A stretch of 61,574 nucleotides of DNA, taken from positions 1,612-63,185 of the forward strand of contig JAAXJX010000050.1 of assembly GCA_012269595.1 (NCBI GenBank), given 5' to 3'. The position numbers and the translations under genes are program-made. The notes under the pieces were generated by a model, which saw nothing but the letters and a program-made list of their open reading frames with translations, did not search any database and was not told the origin of the DNA. Shown piece after piece: positions 9,873 to 18,723 of the stretch (positions within the stretch are counted from its first letter, which is position 1; the number at the start of each line of letters is the position of its first letter). This DNA is from Planctomycetia bacterium (GTDB lineage: Bacteria > Planctomycetota > UBA8108 > UBA1146).

Positions 9873-10859
9873 ATGAACGCTGACGACAAACCCGCAGTCA
9901 TCATTCTCTGTACAGGAAATTCATGTCGATCTCTCCTCGCAGAGGCTCTCTGGCGTGAAGAGACTGGCGGTTCATGGCAATCGGCCTCCGCCGGAACTCG
10001 TCCGACGGGACGACCGCATCCCATGGCGTTGAGAGTCCTTGAAGAAGACGAGATTCCGACTGCGGATCTGATGAGTCAGGGCATCGAGGATTATCAGGGT
10101 CAGAAATTTGACCTGGCGATCACGGTGTGTGCTTCCGCTGCAGAGGAATGCCCGGTCTTTCCAGGGGCGGCCAAGACACTTCATTGGCCTTTCCCAGATC
10201 CGGCGGATCATGTTTCAGTCGAAGATGACAGTGAAGAGGGATTGCAGATTTTTCGGATTGCCAGAGAAGCGATTCGTCAGAGGATCCAGAGATATCTGGC
10301 AGCCTTGAGATTTGAAAAGTCACTGCTGGAATTGATCGAGCAGCTCCCCGGGGATCTGGATGCACCTCGCCTTGCGGCTTACCGCAATCTGGTGACGGCC
10401 AGTGGGGGCATCATGGACCAACCGGATGCCTGGGCCCAACTGCCGGCGGTGATTCGCAAGGAGATGCATTCACTGGGTTGGGAGTGGAATGGCATCTATC
10501 ACTTGCACGGTCAGACCCCCAACCGCCGGCTGCAACTGGGATCGGCGGCGGGCCCTCCGGTTTGTGCGACGCTGGAAGAGATTCCCGGTGAACGCAGTGG
10601 AATGTGTTTCGATGCAGTCCGCCATGGTCACTTGCTCGTGGCTGCCGATGTACGCAGTTGGCCTGGCTATGTTTCTTGTGATGGTGAAAGCGGTCTGGCA
10701 ACTGTTTCGTCCATCGTCAGGCCTTTGCTCGACGAAAATGGCGAGGTGGTGGCTGTTTGGGATCTGGATGCGGTGAAGCCGGTTCATCCCTGTGATGCCT
10801 TGTTGATGGATGCCCTTCTTGAAGGCTTCAGTGCTTTCGGGCCACCCCGAACCGATTGA
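9873..10859 (+). CDS. Fusion of thioredoxin-dependent arsenate reductase (LMW-PTP fold) and GAF domain of the free methionine-R-sulfoxide reductase (MsrC/YebR) type
   Basis: N-half has CTGNSCRS, TVC..AAEECP, HWPFPDP. C-half has WNGIY...LG..GPPVC...GMC...DV..WPGYVSCD...SSIVRP...DLDA. Confidence 0.8.
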   Translation: MNADDKPAVIILCTGNSCRSLLAEALWREETGGSWQSASAGTRPTGRPHPMALRVLEEDEIPTADLMSQGIEDYQGQKFDLAITVCASAAEECPVFPGAAKTLHWPFPDPADHVSVEDDSEEGLQIFRIAREAIRQRIQRYLAALRFEKSLLELIEQLPGDLDAPRLAAYRNLVTASGGIMDQPDAWAQLPAVIRKEMHSLGWEWNGIYHLHGQTPNRRLQLGSAAGPPVCATLEEIPGERSGMCFDAVRHGHLLVAADVRSWPGYVSCDGESGLATVSSIVRPLLDENGEVVAVWDLDAVKPVHPCDALLMDALLEGFSAFGPPRTD

Positions 10860-10872
10860 GGATTGGACAGAG

Positions 10873-11082
10873 ATGGAAGAAGCAACGATTCGACTCGCCC
10901 AGTTTCTCAAGTGGATGGGCCTTTGTGGGACCGGTGGGGAAGCAAAGATTCGCATTCAGGAGGGTGAGATTTCAGTCAATGGAGAAGTTGAAACCCGCCG
11001 GGGACGCGTTCTGCGGAATGGAGATCGGGTGCAGTTCGAGGGCGTCGAACATGAAGTCCAGCTCGACTCTGATGAATCGTGA
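10873..11082 (+). CDS. S4-domain RNA-binding protein (YaaA/YbcJ family)
   Basis: IRLAQFLKW.G...TGGEAK..I..G.I.VNGEVETRRGR.L..GD; 69 aa from ATG 10873. Confidence 0.9.
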   Translation: MEEATIRLAQFLKWMGLCGTGGEAKIRIQEGEISVNGEVETRRGRVLRNGDRVQFEGVEHEVQLDSDES

Positions 11083-11098
11083 AAGGTCACGGAACTGA

Positions 11099-11506
11099 TC
11101 AGGAAAAACGCAACAGTTTTCCCAGTCCCGATCCGATTCCGACCATCAACAGGCAGACGAGAGTCTGAAGTAACGCCAGAGACATCCCCTTGAGAAGTTG
11201 ACCATCCCTGAAAAGGGTCCAGCCCTCCAGGCCGAGTGCACTCATGGTGGTGAAGCCACCGAAAAGACCGACGATCAGGAAGGCCCGGATCTTCTCATCC
11301 TCAAAGGCTTTGTCGCCCATGGCTGTTGAGACGATGCCAATCAGTAGACAACCGACGACATTGACCAGCCAGGTCCCCCAGGTTCCCGGAAGATGAGCCA
11401 CCCAACTATCTACTTGCTGTGGAAATTTCGCTTCGACCCACAGATACGTTCCATAACGGATGGTGGCACCGACAGCTCCACCCAGAGCAACCAGAATCCA
11501 TGGCAT
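11099..11506 (-). CDS. crcB: Fluoride efflux channel Fluc/CrcB
   Basis: VALGGAVGATIRY, GTWLVNVVGCLLIG, GLFGGFTTMS; four TM segments; start MPWILV with GGAGAGG RBS. Confidence 0.9.
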   Translation of the reverse strand: MPWILVALGGAVGATIRYGTYLWVEAKFPQQVDSWVAHLPGTWGTWLVNVVGCLLIGIVSTAMGDKAFEDEKIRAFLIVGLFGGFTTMSALGLEGWTLFRDGQLLKGMSLALLQTLVCLLMVGIGSGLGKLLRFS

Positions 11507-11701
11507 GGCGTTCAATCCTCTCCGGGAATCCGAGATCAGTCTGGAGCGGGTGGAAGAAAATGGCCACCGGAATCTTCGGCGCCCCCTGGGTTCTTCGAGG
11601 GAATCTTGCCTCATTTTTTCATCTGAGGTTGTTTTCGTTGGTCCCCTGACAGGAACTGGGTCACGATGTTGGGATCAACATCGCCCCCCAAGGAGTATCC
11701 C

Positions 11702-12961
11702 ATGCCGAAGATTGAAGAGAGCACATATCGCTTTCACCTTCGTGCCGTGATGTTCGAGGGGGTCTTCAGTGGCTTGCTCTGGTCTGCCCCGGAGATCGCA
11801 CGCAAGGCTTTGGGTGTCGACAATCTCCTTTTGACGCTGATCGTCATGGCACCGGCAGTGGCTCAGGGGGCTGTTCTCTTCTTCGGCGGCTGGATTTCGA
11901 GGACGGGGCCAAGGCGATTGTTGAGGAGAGCGGCGACGGTGGGGCGCTTGCCGCTCTCTTTGACGCTGTTGTTGCTGGTTCCGATGATTGCCAATTGGGC
12001 GCAGACCGACGAGGGAATGAAATGGGTTCCCTGGTTCTTCCTGATATTGGTGACAGTTCAGGCTCTGGCTTCAGTCCCGATCACCTCTGCGATCAATGGG
12101 GTGATACGCAGCAACTATCGCGATGAAAATCGTGGCTTCCTGTTTGGCAAGGTGCAGCGCTGGGGAGCCCTGATCTCCGGTGCCGGAAGTGTGATCGCCG
12201 GCTTCTGGATGCACTATCAGAATGAAGCTTTCCCGATTCTTTATGCCATTGCCGGGCTCACTGGTTGGCTCTCCTGCATGATCTTCTCCAAGGTTCCGCT
12301 GAGAGATCGGGAAACGGCTGCACCGGATGCCCCCGATATTCACAATGCCCGGGCACTGTGGAAAATTCTTGCTCGGGATCGACGCTTCTTCATCTACGAG
12401 ATCGGCTTCATCCTCTACGGAACAGCTTTCATGGCGCTGATTACGGCCAAGCCGATGTGGACTGTCGACAAGGAGTGGCTGGCTCTGGACTGGAGATTCC
12501 TACTCGGAGCAAAAGGTCTCTCGAGTGTCATGATGTTTATCCTGACACCCTACTTTGGCAAGAAACTGGATCGTATCGGTCCGGGCTGGCTGGCGGGATT
12601 CAGTTACTCAGGATTGGCTTTGTATGCCGTTCTTTTGGGATTTTCTTCATCTCCCCTGTCTTTCCTGATTGCCGAGATGGTCTTCGGCTGTTCGATGGCG
12701 GGAGTCATCCTCGCCTGGAATGTGGGGCCCATTTCTTTCGCTTCCGCTGATCAGGGGCGTCAGTACATGGCTGTTCATGTGGCTCTGGTCGCGGTCAGGG
12801 GGCTGATCGGGCACCCCATCGGGGGTGCCATGGCAGATGTCACCGGGGATCCGCGCAGTGTCTTCGTCTTTTCTTTTGTTCTGTGGTTGGCCAGTGCGGC
12901 AGTGATGTTCAGTCTCGGCAGGGGCCCAGCAAGGCGGGAAACCGAAACGCCCGGTTCGTGA
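11702..12961 (+). CDS. MFS transporter
   Basis: AAGGAG RBS; about 12 hydrophobic segments; MFS loop motifs GWISRTGPRR and GKKLDRIG. Confidence 0.85.
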   Translation: MPKIEESTYRFHLRAVMFEGVFSGLLWSAPEIARKALGVDNLLLTLIVMAPAVAQGAVLFFGGWISRTGPRRLLRRAATVGRLPLSLTLLLLVPMIANWAQTDEGMKWVPWFFLILVTVQALASVPITSAINGVIRSNYRDENRGFLFGKVQRWGALISGAGSVIAGFWMHYQNEAFPILYAIAGLTGWLSCMIFSKVPLRDRETAAPDAPDIHNARALWKILARDRRFFIYEIGFILYGTAFMALITAKPMWTVDKEWLALDWRFLLGAKGLSSVMMFILTPYFGKKLDRIGPGWLAGFSYSGLALYAVLLGFSSSPLSFLIAEMVFGCSMAGVILAWNVGPISFASADQGRQYMAVHVALVAVRGLIGHPIGGAMADVTGDPRSVFVFSFVLWLASAAVMFSLGRGPARRETETPGS

Positions 12962-12985
12962 TACACTGAGTGTCGGAGGAAACCG

Positions 12986-13588
12986 ATGGCCAGAAAAAAA
13001 CGGCGCAGCAGGGCACAGAATGATGGAGATGGTCTGGAAGAGGCGCTGGTCTCTCTGGATCGATCCCGTGGTCCGTTGTTCCTTGAGAAGCGTGAGCGAC
13101 CCGGAGCCTCCGAGAATCGTCCCCCCGAGTGCTGTCAGCGCCCCATGAACAAGATGAGGATCTCCGAGTTGGAGGCCATCGATATCGCCCGGGCATTCCA
13201 TGAAAAGCCACACCTCAACGGCAAAACAGATGCTGTTCTTGAAAGGCTGGGACAGGCGATTCACTTCTTGCGTGACAATCGCCGGCCGCAGGCATTTGAT
13301 TGTCCTCTTTTGGAAGATGGGCAGTGCATGGTTCACAAGGTTGCCAAACCCATCGAGTGCCTCGCTTACGACAAGACAGAAGACAGGATCAGTCACGAAG
13401 GCAAGCGCAGCATCGAGAGGCGCGACCAACTCAACGAATCTCTCTTTGGAGAAGAATGGGATTATCGTGTGATTCCATTCATGCTGATTCGCTACCTCCT
13501 CGATGAAGAGGGGCCAGCTATCGGTTCCTGTGGATCCACCCTGCGCAAGAATCTCCAGCGAAATGATCGCGCAGCGAGTGATCGCTGA
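12986..13588 (+). CDS. YkgJ-like cysteine-cluster (Zn/Fe-chelating) protein
   Basis: GGAGG RBS; ECC...ISELEA...CPLLEDGQC.VH...KPIEC pattern. Confidence 0.6.
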   Translation: MARKKRRSRAQNDGDGLEEALVSLDRSRGPLFLEKRERPGASENRPPECCQRPMNKMRISELEAIDIARAFHEKPHLNGKTDAVLERLGQAIHFLRDNRRPQAFDCPLLEDGQCMVHKVAKPIECLAYDKTEDRISHEGKRSIERRDQLNESLFGEEWDYRVIPFMLIRYLLDEEGPAIGSCGSTLRKNLQRNDRAASDR

Positions 13589-13609
13589 TCGACTCGAAAG
13601 AACTCGCCG

Positions 13610-15220
13610 ATGTCCACACGCCGAATACTGGTCCACAACGTCTCCCTGAAACTGGGAGAGACGGAAAAAGATCTTCAACGGGCACTGACACGAAGCCTCA
13701 AGGTGGGTCGACAGCGCATTCGGGGAGTGGAAGTTCGCAAAAAGTCCCTCGATTGCCGTCGTGGTCGGCCGCCTCGCTGGATTCATTCGGTGGTGGTTGA
13801 GACCGAGGAAGAAGTCGCAGATCGCCTTCTCGAAAAGGGGAGTGCGAAACCATGGGCGCCCGAGCGAGTGGAGATCCCCAGGTACTCGGGGTCTGAAAGA
13901 CCGGTCGTCGTTGGTACAGGACCCGCAGGGCTTTTCTGTGCATTGCGACTGATTCAGGCTGGCGCCCGCCCAAGAATCATCGAGCGTGGTCCTGAAGTTG
14001 TGGAGCGCTCAAGACGCTGGAATCGTTTTATTCGGGGCCAGGATTTTGACCCCGAGTGCAACCTTCTCTATGGCGAAGGCGGAGCCGGGGCCTATTCCGA
14101 TGGGAAGCTGTATACGCGGGTGCAGGATCCCCGGGTACCGGAGGTCCTGGAGGCACTGGTTGAACATGGAGCTCCGGAAGAAATCCTGACGGATGGTCGT
14201 CCTCATGTGGGATCGAACCTTTTGCCCAGTGTCGTCAAAAGAATGCGTAACTCCCTCATCGAAAGAGGAGCCGAATTCTGTTTCGATCACCGCTTGGTCG
14301 ACATGGTCTGTGAATCGAATGGAACAGGCTCATCGGTCCGGGGGTTGAAGATTGAAACAGATGGCAACACCACCCTTTGGGAGACAGAAACGGTCTTTCT
14401 GGCGAGTGGTCACAGTGCCCGTGACGTTTATCGATGTCTCGCTGATCATGGCGTTCCCATGACCCGCAAACCGTTTCAGCTGGGTGTTCGTATCGAGCAT
14501 CCCCAGGAAGTCATCAACGCCATTCAGTACGGCGAATCAGCGGGGCATCCCCATCTTCCTCCGGCGGATTACAGCCTGGTTGCGAGGGGTGAAGGGGGTG
14601 AGGTTTACTCCTTCTGTATGTGCCCCGGTGGTGAGATCCTTCCTTCCAGCGAGCGCGAAGGCTATCTGTGCGTCAATGGTGCTTCCCGATATCAGCGTCG
14701 CAGCCCGTGGGCGAACAGCGGATTTGTCGTCACTCTCGAGCCTCAGGATTTTGGTGAAGGTGAAGATCCACTGGCGGGTGTTGCATTACAGGAGCAGATC
14801 GAAAAAGACGCCTATGAAGCGGCAGGGGGAAACTTCGCCGTCCCTGCGTTGAGACTGGGTGATTTCCTGAGGGGCGAGATCTCCTCTGACCTGCCCGATT
14901 GCAGTTACCCCCGACCACTGGTGGTGACAGATTTTTCACGATTTTTGCCGCCCTATATTCACGCCGCACTGCGGTCCGGATTGCAGGAACTGGTTCGAAG
15001 GATTCCTGAATTTGATCATGAAAGTGCGGTGGTGACGGCTCCCGAATCACGATCGTCGAGTCCGGTGCGGATCGACAGGGATGCGGTTACATTCGAAAGC
15101 ACCGGCTTCAGGGGACTTTATCCCCTGGGTGAAGGTGCGGGATACGCAGGTGGTATCCTTTCAGCCGCACTCGATGGCATGAAGGCTGCGGAAGCCTGGT
15201 CCACCAGGGTTAACAGTTGA
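13610..15220 (+). CDS. FAD-dependent oxidoreductase (uncharacterised dehydrogenase family)
   Basis: VVGTGPAGLF, GEGGAGAYSDGKL, GHSARD, GVRIEHPQ, SFCMCPGG, GEGAGYAGGI. Confidence 0.88.
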   Translation: MSTRRILVHNVSLKLGETEKDLQRALTRSLKVGRQRIRGVEVRKKSLDCRRGRPPRWIHSVVVETEEEVADRLLEKGSAKPWAPERVEIPRYSGSERPVVVGTGPAGLFCALRLIQAGARPRIIERGPEVVERSRRWNRFIRGQDFDPECNLLYGEGGAGAYSDGKLYTRVQDPRVPEVLEALVEHGAPEEILTDGRPHVGSNLLPSVVKRMRNSLIERGAEFCFDHRLVDMVCESNGTGSSVRGLKIETDGNTTLWETETVFLASGHSARDVYRCLADHGVPMTRKPFQLGVRIEHPQEVINAIQYGESAGHPHLPPADYSLVARGEGGEVYSFCMCPGGEILPSSEREGYLCVNGASRYQRRSPWANSGFVVTLEPQDFGEGEDPLAGVALQEQIEKDAYEAAGGNFAVPALRLGDFLRGEISSDLPDCSYPRPLVVTDFSRFLPPYIHAALRSGLQELVRRIPEFDHESAVVTAPESRSSSPVRIDRDAVTFESTGFRGLYPLGEGAGYAGGILSAALDGMKAAEAWSTRVNS

Positions 15221-15233
15221 GGAAGAGAGCGTG

Positions 15234-15947
15234 ATGTCGGGGGATTACCAACCGGTACCACTGGATTTCAAACGGAAGACTCCTGAAGAGATGGAAGCCA
15301 TCTCCCTGCAGTTGGAATCGGATCTTTCAGCGAGAAGATCGGTTCGCGAGTTTTCCGATGAGACTTTTCCGAGAGAGTGGCTCGATCGGGCCATCGCTGC
15401 GGCGAGTACCGCTCCAAGTGGAGCACACCGGCAACCATGGCACTTTGTGGTCGTCGATGACCCGCAGATCAAGCATGAGATTCGTCTTGCTGCCGAAAGG
15501 GAAGAACAGATCTCTTATGGTGGAAGGATGCCGGAGGACTGGCTCGAAGCGTTGCGCCCGATTGGAACCGACGAGCACAAACCGTATCTGGAGACGGTTC
15601 CCTATCTGGTCATCCTTTTCGCAGAAACACAGGGCATGACAGAAGAGGGTGAAAAGCAGAAGAATTATTACGTCACCGAATCGGTGGGCATCGCTGCAGG
15701 TCTGTTTATCAGTGCCGTCCACCGTTTGGGGTTGGCCACTTTGACCCACACCCCCTCGCCGATGAAGTTTCTGCGCGATCTGCTCCACAGGCCGGTTCGT
15801 GAAAAGCCGTTCCTGCTTTTTCCAGTGGGATACCCCGCTCCCGGATGCACGGTGCCGGATCTGAAACGCAAAGAACTTGAAGAGGTTCGCAGTTTCAATC
15901 GGGATGGTTTGCCTTCCGATTCAAGGGAGAACCAAAGTGAATCCTGA
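15234..15947 (+). CDS. Nitroreductase-superfamily iodotyrosine deiodinase-like flavoprotein
   Basis: RRSVREF, TAPSGAH.QPW, lid AAEREEQISY..RM..W..L..GTD..KPYL, YY..ESVGIA, LTHTPSPM. Confidence 0.88.
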   Translation: MSGDYQPVPLDFKRKTPEEMEAISLQLESDLSARRSVREFSDETFPREWLDRAIAAASTAPSGAHRQPWHFVVVDDPQIKHEIRLAAEREEQISYGGRMPEDWLEALRPIGTDEHKPYLETVPYLVILFAETQGMTEEGEKQKNYYVTESVGIAAGLFISAVHRLGLATLTHTPSPMKFLRDLLHRPVREKPFLLFPVGYPAPGCTVPDLKRKELEEVRSFNRDGLPSDSRENQSES

Positions 15948-16770
15948 AGAGATCCTGACCAGTCTTCAAAACCCGCGAATCAAGACACTGGTACGCTTGC
16001 GCGATCGCAGGGATCGCGATCGCGAAGGCCAATTCGTGATCGAGGGATTTCGTGAAATCTCCCGGGCGGTGGAAGCCCGACTGCCCATCGAGGAGATATT
16101 TACTTGTCCTGAACTGTATCTGGGGAGCAGTGAGGCAGAGCTGATTGAAACCGCGAAGGAGCGTTGCGGGGCGGAAGTCTGGCACGTCAGCAGAGACGTT
16201 TTTCAAAAGGTTTCCTATCGCGATCGTCCCGATGGCCTGATTGCACGGGCACCCAAACCGGATTGGGGGTTAGGGCGCTGGGATTCGCTTTTGGAGGAGA
16301 ACGGTTCAGACCAGCCGCAGATCTTCATCGTTGCTCAATCTATCGAGAAGCCTGGAAATCTCGGAACCTTGTTGAGAACAGCAGATGCTGCCGCAGTGAC
16401 TGGATTGATGGTCGTCGATCGCTGCACCGACCTTTTCAATCCAAATGTGGTGCGTGCCAGCGTGGGGACTCTCTTTACGGTTCCGGTGGTGGAGTGCTCC
16501 AGCGAAGAAGGCATCGGCTGGTTCAGGGACAAGGGAGTACAGCTGGTAGCGACTTCACCCGATGCAGAAAAGGTTTACACGGAGACGGATCTCTCCGGTT
16601 CGATTGCGATCGTCATGGGCAGTGAGCAGTACGGTCTGGATGAGCGCTGGCTGTCCCACACCGATTTACAGGTATCGATCCCCATGGCAGGGAGTGCCGA
16701 TTCCCTGAATGTGGCGATGGCGACTGCGATCGTTCTCTTTGAATCTCTGCGACAGAGATCGGCTCACTGA
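15937..16770 (+). CDS. TrmH/SpoU family RNA methyltransferase
   Basis: GTG start with AGGGAG RBS; SLQNPRIK, EKPGNLGTLLRTADA, GSEQYGL, IPM.G..DSLNVA. Confidence 0.92.
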   Translation: MNPEEILTSLQNPRIKTLVRLRDRRDRDREGQFVIEGFREISRAVEARLPIEEIFTCPELYLGSSEAELIETAKERCGAEVWHVSRDVFQKVSYRDRPDGLIARAPKPDWGLGRWDSLLEENGSDQPQIFIVAQSIEKPGNLGTLLRTADAAAVTGLMVVDRCTDLFNPNVVRASVGTLFTVPVVECSSEEGIGWFRDKGVQLVATSPDAEKVYTETDLSGSIAIVMGSEQYGLDERWLSHTDLQVSIPMAGSADSLNVAMATAIVLFESLRQRSAH

Positions 16771-17763
16771 TCAGTCGAGATTCGATCCTGTCAAATCAGC
16801 ATCTTGCAGTGTTGCTTCGATGCGATCCCAATCGAAAGCAGGTCCAGGGTCCACCTTGTGGGATCCCACATGCCAATGGCCGACGATTCCTGCCACCGGT
16901 TGCCCCGGAGTTTCATCTCTTAACTCAGACTCAACCAGGCCTGAACTGGATCTCGGAACCACAGGGCGAATACTGGGCAGGGCCATGCAAAGAGTGACCA
17001 GAAGTTTTTCGAGGGCCACATATTGGGCTTCGGTGAAATCTCGCTGATACAGATTTTGCTGATGAATTTCTCCGGTGAACAAATCCTGGCGGGAGGGATA
17101 GGGGTAGGCTCCCTCTGCCGAGGTTCCTTCCAGAGATGAAGCCTTGAGTCTCATTCCGAGAGAGCTTTGCTCGTAATGCCGGTCCGCATCTTCTGCGTCG
17201 GGAAACGCGCCGAAGTGGGCGATTTCAATGCCTATGGAGCGATCATTGGCGGTCCCGGCATGCCATGCTCTCTCCTTGACGTCGAGGGTTTGATAGATGG
17301 TTCCGTCCACATCGAGAAGGAAGTGGCACGAGAGCCCTCTCAGGTCATGAAGGACGTGGAAACAGCGGCTGGAAGAACCACAGGCGTCATAATGGACAAC
17401 GACCGTATCGATGACTTCTTTCAGATCTTCAGGAGCGCAGCCCTCAGACTGGATTCGCTCCGCCCAGCCGGGGGGGCCATTTCTTCTCAGGCTTCCAAAA
17501 CGTAACAACCGATCAGGGCGATCCCGCGGTGGGCCGATGTCTTGTTGGTCATGTCTGTGCCCCCGATAAGCGTCATAGCCACCTTTATCGGTCCATAAGA
17601 CCACTTTGGTGGTCGTGTGAAAGCGCTCGCCGGCAATCACAATTTCGTCGCCAATAGATTCAGAACGGTCTCCAGGAAGGATTTTGCAGCCCGACAATAA
17701 GACCAAAACTGCCAAAACCCCAAGAATATATACAGGTTTGTTTGTTTTTACAAAATTGAGCAA
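16771..17763 (-). CDS. N-acetylmuramoyl-L-alanine amidase (Amidase_2), probable lipoprotein
   Basis: Lipobox LLSGC; VVHYD, SCHFLL..DG.IYQ, AWHAG, SIGIEI, GHWH...K.DPG. Confidence 0.85.
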   Translation of the reverse strand: MLNFVKTNKPVYILGVLAVLVLLSGCKILPGDRSESIGDEIVIAGERFHTTTKVVLWTDKGGYDAYRGHRHDQQDIGPPRDRPDRLLRFGSLRRNGPPGWAERIQSEGCAPEDLKEVIDTVVVHYDACGSSSRCFHVLHDLRGLSCHFLLDVDGTIYQTLDVKERAWHAGTANDRSIGIEIAHFGAFPDAEDADRHYEQSSLGMRLKASSLEGTSAEGAYPYPSRQDLFTGEIHQQNLYQRDFTEAQYVALEKLLVTLCMALPSIRPVVPRSSSGLVESELRDETPGQPVAGIVGHWHVGSHKVDPGPAFDWDRIEATLQDADLTGSNLD

Positions 17764-18092
17764 TATTCCCCCTTGTTAGTACTCAAACTGTGTGCAAGTA
17801 TAGGACAGATATGACTAATGTCACTCCTCATATTTAGGAGTGCTTCGTAGAGAATCCTCTCTTCTTGAGAGGTGAGATATTGTCGGATTTCTGCGTAAGA
17901 CCCTATTAGCCAAATGGTTCTTCAGTGGGGTTAAACGCTGATTTTATTAAAAACGGTCAAGTTTGGTGTGTTCGGGTGAGATCCCCGAGGGAGTTAGAGG
18001 TTCCCGGATCCGGGCAGAAGTCATGGTACTTCTGCGACGGCCCAGCCCTACACCTGCTGTCATTTTTCAGGGAAGAGGAAAAGACCGTGAAC

Positions 18093-18548
18093 ATGGAGAT
18101 TGAAATGAACAGTCTCGGCAGACTCGATGTTGAAGCCCTCAAGCAACTCGTTGCCTTGAAGGAGAACAGCGGAAAGTTGAATCGCCTGGAGACGAAACGG
18201 CAGAGACTCAAGGATGAATTGGATCGGGTGGAAGACCAGATTCGCGAATTTTTGAGTGAGTATCCAGAGGTTCAGGGGTATTTGGCCAGCACCAGCGGGT
18301 CGATGCGCCGATTGACTCCTTCGGGCCGTCGTCCCCGTGGTTGGATTCGATCACAGGTCGAAGAAATTCTTGGAGCTTCGGAATCTCCGCTGACCCCTGC
18401 AGAGGTTCGCGATGAGATTGCCCGTCGACACCCTGAAGAGGCCACCAAGAACCTTTATCTGGCGGTCTTCCAGCATCTTCGTCGTCATGACGAATTTGAG
18501 CAGGATATGTCTGGTCGCTGGAAGATGAAATCCCCTGAGACAGCCTGA
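18093..18548 (+). CDS. Hypothetical DNA-binding protein (N-terminal coiled coil, basic linker, C-terminal winged helix)
   Basis: Heptad helix LETKRQRLKDELDRVEDQI; linker GRRPRG; VEEIL...PLTPAEV...LYLAV..HL...F...GRW. Start uncertain (18087, 18093 or 18105). Confidence 0.65.
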   Translation: MEIEMNSLGRLDVEALKQLVALKENSGKLNRLETKRQRLKDELDRVEDQIREFLSEYPEVQGYLASTSGSMRRLTPSGRRPRGWIRSQVEEILGASESPLTPAEVRDEIARRHPEEATKNLYLAVFQHLRRHDEFEQDMSGRWKMKSPETA

Positions 18549-18566
18549 TTGTTTGACAGTTCTTGG

Positions 18567-18607
18567 AATGCCCGCTGTATCCACGGATGCAGCGGGCATT
18601 TTTTGTT
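18567..18607 (+). terminator. Intrinsic terminator
   Basis: AATGCCCGCTGTATCC / GGATGCAGCGGGCATT stem followed by a T-run. Confidence 0.85.
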
Positions 18608-18723
18608 ATCACTTCCCGCCTGCCAAATCTGGCCTGATCCCTGGCCCGTCGTTGTGATCCACTTCCGAATCTTGACGACGGGGTGATACACTTTCAGCAG
18701 GAATGACCCAGAAGAGGTGACAC

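Noticed and set aside
11507-11701. Fluoride riboswitch upstream of crcB
   Set aside because: GGCGATG is present on the minus strand but belongs to a simple palindrome; the rest of the crcB-motif consensus is absent.
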